This document shows positions 1-13,918 of a DNA stretch of 64,000 nt, piece by piece. Under the pieces are notes generated by a model that saw nothing but the letters and a program-made list of their open reading frames with translations, had not been told where the DNA came from and searched no databases. The position numbers and the translations under genes were made by a program. How positions within the stretch are numbered: position 1 is the first letter of the stretch; each line of letters starts with the position of its first letter. Where the stretch lies: positions 26,784,001 through 26,848,000 of the forward strand of contig NC_088793.1 in the NCBI RefSeq assembly GCF_011386835.1, read 5' to 3'. The DNA comes from Chrysemys picta bellii (Eukaryota).

Positions 1-420
1 TTCCTAGATGTAGTCCCTTGCACTTGGTTATATTAAGACACATCTTGTTAAAATGGGCTCAGGTTACCAAGCAATCCAGGTCACTCTATGTGACTACCCT
101 GTCCTCATAATTATTTATCACTCTGCCAATTGTTGTGATATCTGCAAATTTTATCAGCAGAGAGAGTTTATAGTTACATCCAGATCATGGATGAAAATGT
201 TGAGTAGTGCTGGACCTAGTACCAATCTCTGCAGAACCTCACTAGGACCACCCCCATTCGATGGTGATTCTCCATCAACAACCATTTGCTGAGATCTGTC
301 CGTTAGTTCTTAATCCATTTAATGTGTGTGTGTTATTGATATTATTTAGCATTATTTTCTTTAAATTAGCATGTCATGCAGGACTCAATCAAATGCCTTA
401 CAAAAGTTTAAGTAGATGAT
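1..420 (-). mobile_element. Old CR1/L3-type LINE fragment (RT region), continues off the left edge
   Basis: Minus strand reads IYLNFCKAFD*VLHDML (CR1 YLDFxKAFDxVPH), then a GxVLGPALLNIFI-like segment, KFADIT (FADD box), and NxxKCKGLHLG; many stops and frameshifts. Confidence 0.85.
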
Positions 421-880
421 ATTTACTCAGTTACTTCTCAACCAAACTTGTATCTCAAATAATGAAGCTAGGCTGCCTGGCATTAATTGTTTGGCAACGG
501 GGATCTTTGATGCCTTGGACCCCAAAGGACAGCCTAAAATTAGGGCCACAATCCCGTGCATGCACAGCAATAGAATTAGGCCTGCATTGAGTTTGAGGCT
601 TTCTAAGGTGGGGAAGCAGAAGTCTTTGATACCAGGGTTGCCCCCTTTCTCAGGCTCTAAGCTGAAGAAGTATTCTTCGTTCATTTTTAGGCTTCTACAG
701 GGCCCAAGGCTCAGTGACCCCAGCATGAGTGAATTTCTCAAGTGTGAATATCCAAAGGTAACACTATGAACCATGGTAAGAAAACTCTCTCTCTCCCCTT
801 TTTGGTAATAGCTTACTAAAAGGAAACCTCTTAAGTCCAGTTGTCCAGTTACAGGAGAGCAAACATACCATTCCTGTTCA

Positions 881-2231
881 CATCATTACCAACCTCCGGT
901 GTTCAAAAATCATGAAATTAGCTTAAAATAGAATCATAGGCCTGGAGGGGACTTCGAGAGGTCATCTAATCCAATCCGCTGCACACATGGCGGGACTATT
1001 ATTATTATTATTATTATAGTATTATCTAGGCCATCCCTGACAGGTGTTTGTCTAACCTGCTCTTAAAAATCTCCTATGATGGAGATTCCACAACCACTCT
1101 AGGCAATTTATTCCAGTGTTTAGCCACCCTGAGAGGAAGTTTTTCCTAATGTCCAACCTAAACCTCCCTTGCTGCAATTAAGCCTATGGCTTCTCTTATC
1201 CTCAGAGGTTAAGGAGAACACTTTTTCTCTCTCCTCCTTATAACAACCATTTATGTACTTGAAAACTATCATATCTCCTCTTCTCAAGAGGAAACAAACC
1301 CAATTTTTTCAATCTTCCCTCATAGGTCATGTTTTCTAAACCTTTAATCATTTTTGTTGCTGGACTTTCTCCAATTTGTCCACATCTTTCCTAAAATATG
1401 ATACCCAGAAATGGACACACTACTCGAGGTGAGGCCTAATCAGCATGGAGTAGAGAAGAAGAATTACTTCTCATGTCTTGCTTACAACACTCCTGCTAAT
1501 ACATCCCAGAATGATGTTCACTTTTTTTGCAACAGTGTTATACTGTTGACTCATATTTAGCTTGTGATCCACTATGACCCCCCAGGTCCCTTTCTGCAGT
1601 ACTCCTTCCTCGGCAGTCATTTCCCATTTTGTATGTGTGGAACTGATTGTTCCTTCCTAAATGGAATACTTTGCATTTGTCCTCATTGAATTTCATCCTA
1701 TTTACTTCAGACCACTTTTCCAGTTTGTCCAGATCATTTTGAATTTTAATCCTATCCTCCAAAGTACTTGCAACCCCTGCCAGCTTGGTATTGTCCACAA
1801 ACTTTATAAGTTTACTCTCTAGGCATCATCTAAATCATTGATGAAGATATTCAACAGAACTGGACCCAGAACTGAGTCCTGTGGGACCCCACTCGTTATG
1901 CCCTTCCAGCTTGACTGTGAAACCACTGATAACTACTCTCTGGGAACAGTTTTCTAACCAGTTATGCACCCATCTTATAGTAGCTCCATCTAGGAGTTTA
2001 TGATGAGGTTTTGTTTAGTTTGAAGGACTCTTTATTTGCCTTTTGCTTTCTGAGCCTTTAGAATGCATTCTAGGTCACATTTTCAGGCTTTTCTCTGAAA
2101 CCATAAGGGCTAGAAAGTTTTTACAAAAAAGAAAACTCAGATTCTTGCAGGATTCCAGCATCTGGGGCTGAGAGAAAAAACACCCAACTATTGTGAGGTT
2201 CATGATAAAATTTCATGGTTTGGCAACGCTG
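881..2231. mobile_element. Non-autonomous hAT-like MITE split by a CR1 insertion (pieces ~881-927 and 1995-2231)
   Basis: Right end ...ggtttggcaacgctg is the reverse complement of cagcgttgccaaacc; the left end catcattaccaacc is a degenerate copy; the internal sequence resembles a common turtle MITE. No TSD match found. Confidence 0.55.
928..1994 (-). mobile_element. 5'-truncated CR1 LINE (RT C-terminus plus 3' UTR)
   Basis: ORF 1538-1798 DNTKLAGVASTLEDRIKIQNDLDKLEKWSEVNRMKFNEDKCKVFHLGRNN is CR1 RT; ATAGAATCATAG at 928 is the reverse complement of the CR1 (ATTCTATG)n tail; (ATT)n microsatellite at ~998-1017. Confidence 0.95.
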
Positions 2232-2804
2232 TGCTAAATACAAGGAGATCTGGGGCAGTGAAAACTCAGAGCTAGGTCCTGTGGCAATTCCACCCAAGTT
2301 CTGGAAACCATACCAGTATAAACATTCTAATATTAAATGTATAACAGTGATGCTGTTCCACATTGGTTTGTTCCAACAAGAGCTTGGTGATGGTTCAACC
2401 CTAGAAGGGAATTAGAATGAACCTAATCTGTTTCCACTGGAGTCTCAGAGAGCAAAGTTAGGTGAACACTAAATGCCTTTGAAAATCCCACCCTCATCCT
2501 GTTCGAGCAGGTAGCCTGGCCTACTGCATAGTGGGTTAGGTACATTGTTATGGTTATATATTGTTTGGGTTTGGGTTTGCAAGGCTGTTTACATTGCTTG
2601 GGTTTGGTTTTGCAAGGCTGTTTACATTGTGTATGTATGTGACTCTGATTTTTTAGGATATGAAGCTTCACAAAATCATGCTGTCTCACAAAGTGCATGT
2701 TTAGGTTGAGGAGCCTGGCTGTTGTCGAGGAGTCAGCACATACTGCTAAAGGGGACTGATAACCCCATTGCAGATCTCTCTGTTACTTTCATTGGTGGTC
2801 ACTA

Positions 2805-2993
2805 ATATATAGAGATATACCTATCTCATAGAACTGGAAGGGACCCCGAAAGGTCATCGCGTCCAGCCTCCTGCCTTCACTAGCAGGACCAAGTACTGAT
2901 TTTGCCACAGATCCCTAAGTGGCCCCCTCAAGAATTGAACTCACAACCCTGGGTTTAGCAGACTAATGCTCGAACCACTGAGCTATCCCTCCC
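2805..2993 (-). mobile_element. tRNA-derived turtle SINE (tortoise Pol III/SINE type)
   Basis: Minus strand: gggagggatagctcagtggttcgag (A box) ... ggttgtgagttcaattc (B box), then a CR1-like 3' tail (ggggtcccttccagttctatgag). Confidence 0.92.
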
Positions 2994-3938
2994 ACTACAG
3001 AGGAAGGCAAAGAGATGAAGGGAATTGGAAAAAATAATTTTTGTGCCTCACATAACTAGAGAGCCTCGCTAATATGCTTCACAATTGTACTCCCTGTGAA
3101 CATCCTTTGTGTAATGTACACGCCCCTGGGCTCCCAGGCATTCCTTAGGCATGGACTGCAGGCCATCATTAGTGGTGTTCTGGACTGTCTGCTGCAGAAT
3201 GAGAAATGCTGTTTTGTCTTCATCAGTCACTCTTCTGTGCAGTGACTTTGCTCCCCTGTACTGAAAAGGGCCAGAAATGGAGTTGCCCTCTGAAGCCGAG
3301 GGGCATAACATAGCAGAGTATCCCTTTAACCCATAAAAGCAAGCGTGGCAGAGGGAATGATAGAGACTGTAGAAAATAGGTCAGGAAGATACTGGGAGCA
3401 TGGACTGCTGTGAATCAAGGAAAACAGACAAGGGGAGCAGGGAAGGAGACCAACTGCTAATGAGACACAGCATCTGCCTTCCCAGCAGAAACACTCTGGA
3501 GCCCAGCAGTCAGACTGGGCTAGAATTGAGGTGGGTGGGTTAGGATGGACTCTTTGGATAGCAGGGTGAGTAAAGAATAAAGAGGGGGTTTTTCTAAATT
3601 TGTTCTTGGGGACCCATCCGTGTATCAGTACATCCCTAGTTAACATGAATGTGTGGGCAAAGTCTTGGTGTAAGCACAGACCTTCCATTAATCTGTGTTA
3701 TGCCCATACAACTGGGAATTGAATAATATTCTATTACTCTTCATCAAGGCCAAGAGCTGGATGTGTCTCCTCGGCGCTAACATGAAGGCATTTAATATGT
3801 TCCAAATCTGAATACTGAGATGAATGAGTGAGCTCCATGTTTTCTGCTGTTTCAGTTTGTCCTCCAATTAAAAGCAAATACAACAGCAGGCCCTTGAATC
3901 ACTGAACTGGAGCTCTCTTCCCAACTAGGAACTGGAAC

Positions 3939-4257
3939 TTAAGAACATAAGAACGGCCATATTGGGTCAGACCAAAGGTCCATCTAGCCCAGTATCCTGT
4001 CTACTGACAGTGGCCAATGCCAGGTGCCCCAGAGGGAGTGAGGGAGTGAACCTAACAGGTAATGATCAAGTGATCTCTCTCCTGCCGTCCATCACCACCC
4101 TCTGACAAACAGAGGCTAGGGACACCATTCCTTACCCATCGTGGCTAATAGCCATTAATGGACTTAACCTTTTAAACCCTGTTATAGTCCTAGCCTTCAC
4201 AACTTCCTCAGGTAAGGAGTTCCACAAGTTGACTGTGCGCTGTGTGAAGAAGAACTT
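3939..4257 (-). mobile_element. CR1 3' end fragment
   Basis: aagaacataagaac tail followed by ggccatattgggtcagaccaaaggtccatctagcccagtatcctgtc, a typical CR1 3' UTR; gaactt occurs at both junctions. Confidence 0.9.
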
Positions 4258-6024
4258 GTAATTGATGCTTGAAATACCCGGAGGAAGCCCTTAAATCTGC
4301 AGCTATGGATTTCTATTATTCTTGCTTCAGACAAACCAAAACTCATTGTCAAAAATGTTTAAAGAAAGAGACATGGATAATGTTTCCATTGTGCAGCTTC
4401 TGGCTCGGAGAAGATTTCCATGTAAGAAATGGAGCCAAGAACTGATTTAAGAGGAAATTGGCACCTGGCCTGTCCTTGAATTATTTTTAAAATTATCCTT
4501 TTGTGCTCTTTGCTTCCAAACTAAGGTACATTTAAAATGTTTCGTTACAGACAATTGGCCTAGAGATGAAGAAAGGAGGACAAGAACACTGCTGGGCCCC
4601 CTGTTCCTAGGGGGAAGCAGTAACTGAAATAACCTCCTCAATCTATTCCTAGCAAACAGAACATGAAATTACCTAAATTGGAAAGTTACTTGATTTGTAT
4701 TAAAGCGGAGAATCTGCTGAGGAGGGTGAAGGGGAAGAGAGAGGCTATTCACATCCACACAATAAAAGGCAAAGTTGCTGCATCCACCTTTGCCTGATTT
4801 TCAGAAATAAATGCTTAGTGTCTATTGCTTTGAGTAAATCAGGAGTACGCGTCGGTATATAGAATGTGGCATATGTCATTGGGAATTAAAGGAATTAAGC
4901 TTTATCATTATGAAATCACTGGGTCAGAAAACAACAACACACTTCTTTGGTTTTGTTTTGTTTTTGGAAAAGTCCTATATAATTTAATTGGTCTGAAACT
5001 GACAGGGCCGTGTAGACATAGAATTATATGGTTGGTTTACAAACTATACAAAGGCTATTGTTCTCAATTCAACTTTTTCTTTTTCATAGTGTGTTACCTA
5101 CTGTAAAAATAGCTATTGTCCAAAGGAAAGGAAAGGAAATGATCCCTAGAAGGCACAGAAATGGTTCTGGACAAAATTGAATTTACCAGTCATGCAACCT
5201 GCCATAGGCCCAGTATTTGATGTTTCAGAAACAGATAAGGAACCAATACAGGGATTGTCAAAAGATCCTAAGTGAGTTAGGCACCCATTCCTATTGAAAT
5301 GCCTAATTCCTTTAGGCTCCTTTGGAAAAACCTAACCCAAACCCTGGCCGATTTACAATGCGTTATGTCAACAGGAGCAAAATCCTCCTGGCTGCCGTCA
5401 GCTTACACCAGGAAGGATGAGACTGATTTACTTTTATCAGTATAGGATCTTGCCTTTGCCATGCATGTTAGTGACTGTAAAATTAGCCATTTATAAAATC
5501 CAAGCAAAGTATGTCTGTGTGACCTTGTGCAGCACTGAATTCCATGGCTGACCAGCCACAGCCTATCCAAGGGGCAGGTGAGAAGTTAAATTTAACATTT
5601 CTTGCATTTCTGCCTGTCACATCTCATCTCTTTTCTCATCCATGCTTTCTAACTGGAGTAAAGCAACTGCTTAACAGCCACATCACTCCTTTGCAGTGCT
5701 AGGGATGTGCTAACTATTAGAATAAGTAGGCAATTTTACCTGGGGGGAGGAGCAGGCTCTTTTTTTGTAATGCTGGTTCCTAGTCTAGGAAAAGACAATT
5801 TTAGAGGGTTCTTGTCTCCTGGAAGATTTCTGACAAGTCGTTGGCTCTCTCTGGTTTTGTTCAACTAGCTCTGGAACTAGCTTTAACAGTACCCAGACCA
5901 CAGCACTAGGAAAATTAATCAAATATCTAGAAGACTTAGTTACGTCTGCACCTTCATAATTCCAGGAGATGGGTCCTCTACCAGTAACAGACCTTTGAAA
6001 AAGTATTGTCAGCTGCAGCTCTCA

Positions 6025-6200
6025 AAGCACTCTCTAAACATTAACACCCAGATCACCCTCGCAAGGTTGTAACCCCATTTTACACATGGGCAAAACTGAG
6101 GCAGAGAGGTTAAACACATGCCCAAGATCACAGAGTGACCTGGTAACAAAGCCAAGAATAAAACCTGTAATCACCTGCTTTAACCACTTGGCAACACTCC
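6025..6200 (-). mobile_element. MIR/CORE-SINE fragment
   Basis: ccccattttacacatgggcaaaactgaggcagagaggttaaacacatgcccaagatcacag matches the CORE-SINE core. Confidence 0.8.
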
Positions 6201-9200
6201 CTCTACTAAATATGTATATTGTAACTTGTTACAATAATAAATTGTCCACAGCATTGTTACAGTATATCAGCATGGCCCCAAACTTTTGAATGCTGAGCTC
6301 ACTTGCCCGTACAGGAAAATAAAACAAATCACAAGCTTAGCACCCCTATTTTAGAATTGTAATTAAATCACATTTTAAAATGTGGCCTTAAATGTTTAGT
6401 TCAGTGATCACGTTGGTTTTCTCTGTGGCCAAAACTTGGTTTTAGTTTAGAAAGTTGGATGTGACTCTAGATCACAGATAGAAAAAAATCAATTCATCAC
6501 AACTCTTCATCCAGCCTAACACAGGGCTAGGGTCTCAGAGTTTGTCTATGTGGAGAAATTTAACAGCAGAATTAGCTCTTCACCCAGCAGTGCATTTTTT
6601 GCTTTGTAAAAACTGAAACTGGTGATGTTGCCCATCAGTCCTGATGTGAATATACCCCGGACTTGGAGTGGAAGAGAATGAAGCACTAAAACACAGGACA
6701 GAATGTTTTTTTTATGAGCTTGTTACTTATTTCCTTTTTTTAAATAGCAGCTCCTAATCCCATCCAAATGTAAACCAAACCAAAAACCCAAATAAATTTC
6801 CTAAACACTATGTATAAAGTTTGAGAACATTCTTCTCAGTCAGTTCAGTTCATACTGCTTCATCAATGAGCATTAAAAAGGGGTTCCTTAACATTTATTT
6901 CCAATCTCTCATTATGAATGAGATGATTTCTATGCCCTATGCACTTTATGGCCGTAATACTCAGCACAGTACATATTACCACCAATATGGGGTGATGGAA
7001 ATATTCTCATTTATTTCCGTGGGCTTTCGTTCAGACCCAGGGTGTATGAGAAAATTCATCTTTAAAGCACTTCCTTATAATTCTCTATGTTAATTAAAGG
7101 TGTCACTAAGTAAGTGTTAATTTAAATCTTTACTTAAAAGAACTACATTTAAAATTTGGTAAAAATGGGTCACATCCCATTATTGTTCCTCAGTCCTTAC
7201 TCAGGCAAAACTCCCATTCTCTACAATGAGAGTTTTGACTGCACAGGCAGTGAATAAGCACTTCAGAATTTGGCTCAGTGTAAGCAGAAGTAATTACAGA
7301 AGCTTATCGTCCATTAATACTTTAATCAAATGTTAAGTGATTTAGATCTTTCAAATGCACAGGGTTCTGTCATGTTCTCAGCCTTCATCCAGTAGTGCCA
7401 GACCACCACAGACAGTCACAAATACGCAGTCTGAAGAATACATCTTAGTCAGAGCTATTTTGTTCACACATATGGATAATCAAATCATAGTTACTCTGGA
7501 TTAATTTTATTACGGAAGTTCCAGGGGGTTGATTTTAACAGGTAGATTGGAACATGTTCCAAATCTTCATTACAGAATGAGATTTCGACATACTGCAATA
7601 CGATTGGCTACACTGCACACAGGTCTATGTAGTGAGCTCTGTTCACAGTTCAGTTTTACATTAAAGAGGGGGCTTTATCCGATCTGATGTTAACCCACTT
7701 TCTAGTATCAGTCTGTTCAGCAGCGGAATCTCAGCAGTTGTCCTATGTTGGAAGCTCACAATGTGTGGGCTGTATTCACCTCATATGCAACTGATGCTTG
7801 TAGGACTTTCCCCAGATTTGCAGCAACAAAGGAGAGCTTCACAACCATTTTTCTAATAACTGTAAGAGGATTCAAGGAAATAGACACTGTAAAAATATTA
7901 CAGTTCTGCTCCACCAGATGGTTACGTTTATGCGCTTGAGTAGATAGGCTAGTAAACCGGGCATTTGCTTTGCTAAGCTATTTCCAGGTTTTAGATGAAG
8001 CTGTAGAAATCCACATTTAATCGCAGGGCCTCTGACAAAGCATGATCATTATTAGTCTTTCTTCACAAATTTAAATAAAATATTTTCACTGGGTTGGGTT
8101 TATACCCCTTTTAAAAATCTTTGGACCACTATGCTACAACTGGCTTCCATCGCACTTCAAGAGCTTCACATCTGTAATCACAGGAACAGTAAGATTATCA
8201 AAGCAGTTGATGACATTTACATTGGCTCACCTATGGGACTTCAGCAGGAGCTGATAGAATACTCAGTAAAGAAACAACATTGCTGAGGATATAATTTTCA
8301 TTTATCTTAATGCAGTTAGTCCAAGTGTAGAAGGAGATGCCATTTCAGAATTACGGGCCTGCTCCTTCTCCCACTGACTTCATTGGTCACAAAATCAGGA
8401 CCTGGGATCCCTCCCCTTATTGCAATTATTCCATCTTTGCAGAAAACAGCTATGCATTCCTCACAGGCCATACATCTGCCAGGGTATTTCCCAGAGCTAA
8501 TACATGAATCTCTGTTGGATAGCTTGGAGAAAGAAGGCCAAATTATGGCTCACATGCCAGCACCTCTATGGTGCAAAGGGGCCATAAAGCTGCCCTAAGA
8601 GAGCAAATGCAGAGACACAGCTGGAGTACACTGTACTGCAGCAATCCTTGGCTATTGTAACAGTCCCTTGGTAGCCACTGCAAACGGTGAAAACTAGAAC
8701 AGCCCTGTGATATATACCCACCTTCTCCTCCCCACTCCAGGCCTTCCTGGGCCCTGCACTAAGTACAGCTCCCCCAGACTCAAATATCTGGTTTTATGTT
8801 CATTGGTTAAATCCCCTACATGATATTCAATGTGAATGCAATGGGTCTATATAAACGGAACTTGGTTTCAAGTTGCAGGAAGCCTAGTAAGGAACTGGAA
8901 TTACCATTACTTTCAGTATTAGCATAGGCTGTTGGTATCATTGCCACATTGCATCGCAGAAGATAGCAGAGTATTTTCTGCTATAAAACTAAATACAGAT
9001 AAATAGCAGAAATAAAATGTCAATGCCAATGCAAGAAAGTTTAATAATGTTGAGAAATGGTCTAGGAAAAAGACACAAGAAATGAAAAGTACTATTAAAA
9101 AAAGTGACCTGTATTAGAAAGGCAGGAAAGAGATTTTTTTTCCCCTCCAGTTGTTTTTGACCTTAGAGTTATTTTATACACAAACTTCCAGCAATCTAAG

Positions 9201-10039
9201 TAAACTGGTTTCATAAAATTGATATAGTTATTTCAGTGCAAGTCTCTGTGTGGTGACTCTTGTCCTCTCACAGCCTAACTAAATGAATTTTAAACCATGC
9301 CTTTGTTACTATAGTGCATGCTTGTACGTAGACCCATCTTTAGACAGATCGAGTGAAATACTGGCCCCGGTGAAGTCAATGAGAGTTTTGTCATTAACTT
9401 CAGTGATGACTTCACTCATCAAATCTTGTCTTCCCCGCTTTTTCTGGAGGTCTCCTTGGAAGACCAGAGAATTGAACAGTAGTTTTCTTAGCCCCTGATA
9501 GAGGGACTTTTGATAAAAACGTTTTCTCTTCCAACTGTCTATTATATATTTGAGTTAAAACAGACAACAAACAAATCAACCAAATAATCTTCTGAAGTGT
9601 CAAACACACACAGCTTCTACTGACTGCCACAGGAGCCATGGGTGCTCATCACCGCTGAAAATCAGCTCAAACAGCCTGACTAAACATTCCTGCTGAGCCT
9701 GCAGGTATTCGGGAGACATGCTAGTGAATTATCCTCTTGTTTGAATTATTTGCAGTGTGTGCCTCTTAGGTTTTAGTGCACCCCTCAACATTGTAGTGTC
9801 AGTGGACCAGAAGGCTTGTTCTTTGTGGAAAGCTTGGTGTTACTGCATGTGGCCATTGCTTATTATGCTTGTCATAAAAACAGCAGATGGAAAAGATTGA
9901 TTAGGTCATCCGGTCTATACACTTGCACATCCAGAACTGAAATATGTGATAACTTCTGTCATGTGTGATATCTGTTGCCCTATTTGCTGTGAGGGCGTCT
10001 TAATATTTAAAAAAGTTCAAATTTATTATGTGATTATTG

Positions 10040-10848
10040 TGTATCATCTAATTTCCTTCTTCAACGGGGAGAAGCAGTAGATGCGATAAAGCTCGACTTT
10101 AGTAAGGCTTTTGACACAGTTCCACAGGACATTCTTATAAGCTTATCTAGGGGGAAAATAGCCTAGATGAAATTGCTATATGATGTGTGCACAACTGGTT
10201 CCAAAACTGTATTCAGAGTAATTATTAATGGTTTATTGTCCAAATGGGAGGCCATATCAAGTGTGGTCCCACAGAGGGTCGGTTCTGAGCAACAGTCAAT
10301 TGACCAGTATTCAGTATTTCCATTAATAGCTTGGATGATGGAGTGGAGAGTACATTTATAAAATCTCAGGATGACACCTAGCTGGGATGGACTGTAAGCA
10401 CTTTGCAGGACAGGATTAGAATTCAATAGGATATCGATAAATTGGAGAATTGGTCTGGAATCACTAAGAATAAATTCAGTAAAGACAAATGCAGCGTAGT
10501 GCACGTAGGACAGAAAAATCAAATGTACAAATACAAAAAGGGGAATCACTGACTAGGCAATAGTACTGCTGAAAAGGATCCGGAGGTTACAGGGTATCAC
10601 AAAGTGAACATAAGAACGCAATGTGATGCTGTTGTGAAAAAGGCAAATGCCATTATGAGATGAATTAACACGAGTACGGTATGCAAGATATGGGAGGTAA
10701 TTGAGTCACTCTGCTTGGCACTGGTGAGGCCTCAGCTAGAGCACTGCATCCCAGTTTCAGGAAGCTGTGGACAAATTTGAGGGAGTCCAGAGGAGAGCAA
10801 CAACAATGATAAAATCTTTAGAAAACATGACCCATGAGAAAAAGGCTA
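10040..10848 (+). mobile_element. Degraded CR1 RT fragment
   Basis: gactttagtaaggcttttgacacagt (DFSKAFDT), a GVPQGSVL-like segment, DDTxLG, and DKFEGVQRRATTMIKSLENMTHE (ORF 10767). Confidence 0.9.
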
Positions 10849-12024
10849 GCACCCTTTCTACACCACTCATACTGGTTTACATTGGTATAACTATACTGAC
10901 TTTAATCAAGATATTCCAGATTTACATAAGTGGAATGGTATCAGAATAAGGCCTTTGGCTTTACTTTCACTATTCAAATGAATCAAGTGGATTTTGTATT
11001 AGTGGTGCAGAGGCTGAGATCGATGGGAGCCACTGTAGCTAAAGTGAATGGGCTGCAGAAATCCAAATATGAAACATCTAGAGAAGACATTTACACACTG
11101 CAACAGGGAGAAGTCGCGTTACCTGTTGTTTATCACACATCTCCCGGCAGATCTCATGTGGAGGGCATAGCATTAAAAAGCTTCCAACCTGCTGGATTAA
11201 TTTCTTTATTCACAATGTGGAGAATTAGTCATTAACTGGGAGGAAAATGAATTGATTTTCAATCGCTGCTTTTCTGTAATTAGATTTAAACAATGAGCAA
11301 CCTAATGCAGCCACGGTAGTGCTACAAACCAATGTGCTAGCAGATCAGTTATGGCCCACTGCAAACAATCAATCTCAGAGAATTATTGCCAAAACAGTTA
11401 GTATTACTAGTGCATTACGCCAGGGCTGGGACTGATTAAATGCTATTTCTTTTTATTCTTCCCCATTTGAGTGACAGCACTGGAGCCTTTCATTTCTTTA
11501 TTTTAATTTTGGCACGGTTTACACTGCCCCGGGGTCAGTCACAATATAGGGATTCAACAATGGCAGAATCCAGCTGTGCTGTAGCTATACCCCAGTTTAA
11601 TTACAACATCCCTTCATTTGACACCACGTTATCGGATTAGGAATCCGGGACCATTCCAGACTTGCAGAATGCACCAATCTGGAGCAGATTTGCCCCTTAA
11701 AGAAAGCTTCTGACTTCTTTTCCCTTCTGAAAAGGACTTTACTTTCCAAGTGAGTCTTAGCCCTGTAGGATCAGAGCATTAATTCTAATGTCATGCATGC
11801 TGTCTCATGCAACTTTTTGAATATCAATTTGTAGCTCCCAAAGAAGCAGGATTAAAAGCACTATGTTTGTGCAGTTTGCAAAACAAGCGATTTGAAACAG
11901 AGATCAAACTCTGAGATAATCACCTTACAAATAAATAGAGAGCTGCAAAATAATGAGAAATAGCTCTCTCTAAGAACTTATGGTTCTCATCTCCTAGCTA
12001 CCTGTGTGCCACATTTACATTAAT

Positions 12025-12212
12025 AAATCTATTCTCACAGCTTCCCCACAAGGTACAGAAGTAGTATTATCCTGGTTTTACAGAAGGGTGACTGAGGGAT
12101 AAAGAGACTAGGTGGCCAAGATCACAGAGAAAGTTTTCAGCAGATGTAGGATTTGACCTCAGCCCTCCTGAAACTCAACTAGGGTCTTTAACCACCATGC
12201 CATCCTTACTCT
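12025..12212 (-). mobile_element. MIR/CORE-SINE fragment
   Basis: attatcctggttttacagaagggtgactgagg...ggccaagatcacagag, CORE-like. Confidence 0.75.
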
Positions 12213-12526
12213 CTGGTAACCAAATAATAAACCTGGGGGCCCTAAAGAGGCCACAGCTGACCCGCAGCGTGCTAAACTGCCAGCCATGGCCCAAACATAA
12301 TTTTCAGAATGCAGTGCCTGTAACTGCAAGATGAGCGCAATGTCCAGGATTTGGTACTGAACACAGAGCCCACTACTTCCAGAGACAACCTGGAGCTTCC
12401 CACAAGCAGACCTTTATTACAACTCACTCAGAAATCATTCAGCTGTCACCACACCTGGACCCAACCAACTGCATAGCCTTGGTGTGGGCCACTACGAGTT
12501 CTCTTAAAAGGCATAGTCAACTACCA

Positions 12527-12723
12527 GCAGAGGAATAGCTCAGTGGTTTGAGCATTGGCCTGCTAAACCCAAGGTTGTAAGTTCAATCCTTTAGAGGGTC
12601 ACTTAGGAATCTGGGGCAAAAATCAGTACTTGGGCCTGCTAGTGAAGGCAGGGGGCTGGACTCAATGACCTTTCAAGGTCCCTTCCAGTTCTAGGAGATA
12701 GGTATATCTCCTATTATTATTAT
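12527..12723 (+). mobile_element. tRNA-derived turtle SINE (tortoise Pol III/SINE type)
   Basis: gaatagctcagtggtttgagcattggcctgctaaacccaaggttgtaagttcaatcc (A/B boxes), CR1-like tail and (TAT)n end; same family as 2805-2993. Confidence 0.92.
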
Positions 12724-12858
12724 TACCATGCGGACAAAGTTGGCCAGCTGAAGGTTGGTGAGCTCAAAAACCAAGTATAATGAAAATGCCATCTTATTAC
12801 TGGGTATTGCTTTTACCCTCCAGTTTAGCATTCAACCAGTAGAGGACTCCACACTCCC

Positions 12859-13918
12859 TGTGATGCTGACAGACCAGATGCCAGCTCTTGCTCAGGCTAC
12901 AGGCATTAGCTAAGAACTGACAATCTGGTAGCTGCAGACCAGACCAGGGCACCTGTATGTTACTTTTGCTCAAAATAGGTATTAGTCTCATACAAATATA
13001 TTTAGTATTTAGACTATGAATTCCTGTAAATTGCTGCCTGCATTAATCTCACTTGTCAAGTATGGATTTCCTTATAGCATGGAATACAGAAGGTTTGCTT
13101 TATAACTTTGAAATGTTTGCTCTTAACTTGTGAGCTGAGGCATGGGTATAATTTCCCTCCCCGCCCCATCCAGAAGGGCTATCAAAATTAGATGGGCCAT
13201 CACGGATCACCACACTACAAAGGATTGGCCCTAGCGCACCGAGAAATGCTACATGCAATGAAGCTCGTCCTGTGGACTTGGAAGATGAATGAAGAAATAA
13301 AACAAAGCCACGGGAAAATTTTCCATTGTTTTAGCTGTTTGAATCCGAAGGGCCAGAGACTCTAAACTGAAGCCCGAGATCCCCTGGGGATGCCTCCTGG
13401 ATCTGCCCTGAAAGACACTTTGAATTGACAGATCACTGTAACTCTGTCATTCTCAGGATTTAGATGGTAACTCATCTATGTCTATATGTTTGCTTGCTTT
13501 CACCTGTAAATAGGGTCTCATTTCTTTTTCCGAGTTAATAAACCTTTGGATAGTTTATTACAGGATTGGATACTGGGGTTGTCTTTGGTGTAATATCTAG
13601 CATACCAATTGATCTGGGGTAAGTGACTGTTTTCTTGGGATTGGAAGCAATTTGCATGTGGTGTGATTTTTGGTGTAAGTGGCTATTTATCACTAAATAC
13701 AGTTTGTCTGGGTGGCCAGGTGGACTGGAGAGTCATCTAAGGGACTGTCTGTAACTCCATGCTCAGACTGTTACAGTGATCCAGGAGTTCACATTTGTTC
13801 CTGGCTTGGTGAAATCTAATTCTAGAACACACCACCAGTTTGGGGTGTTTGCCCTGATTTTGACAGTCTGCCCTGAGATAGGCACTCACAGTCGTGAGCC
13901 ACTCCAGGCCGCATGACA
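12859..13918 (+). mobile_element. Solo LTR, family A (~1.06 kb)
   Basis: TGTGA...TGACA termini; aligns end to end with 39956-41014; aataaa at ~13537; no gag/pol adjacent. Flanking 4-mers tccc/ccct match poorly. Confidence 0.85.

Noticed and set aside
416-774. Overlapping 117/115-aa ORFs as genes or an endogenous viral element
   Set aside because: No recognisable viral or cellular motif; overlapping antisense ORFs of this size occur by chance.
2940-2993. tRNA gene (also 12527-12590 and 56070-56123)
   Set aside because: tRNA-like A/B boxes run directly into SINE body and CR1 tail; these are SINE heads, not tRNA genes.
9412-9639. Minus-strand ORF/exon with two open frames
   Set aside because: Weak acceptor context, no recognised peptide, and adjacent to a palindromic repeat.
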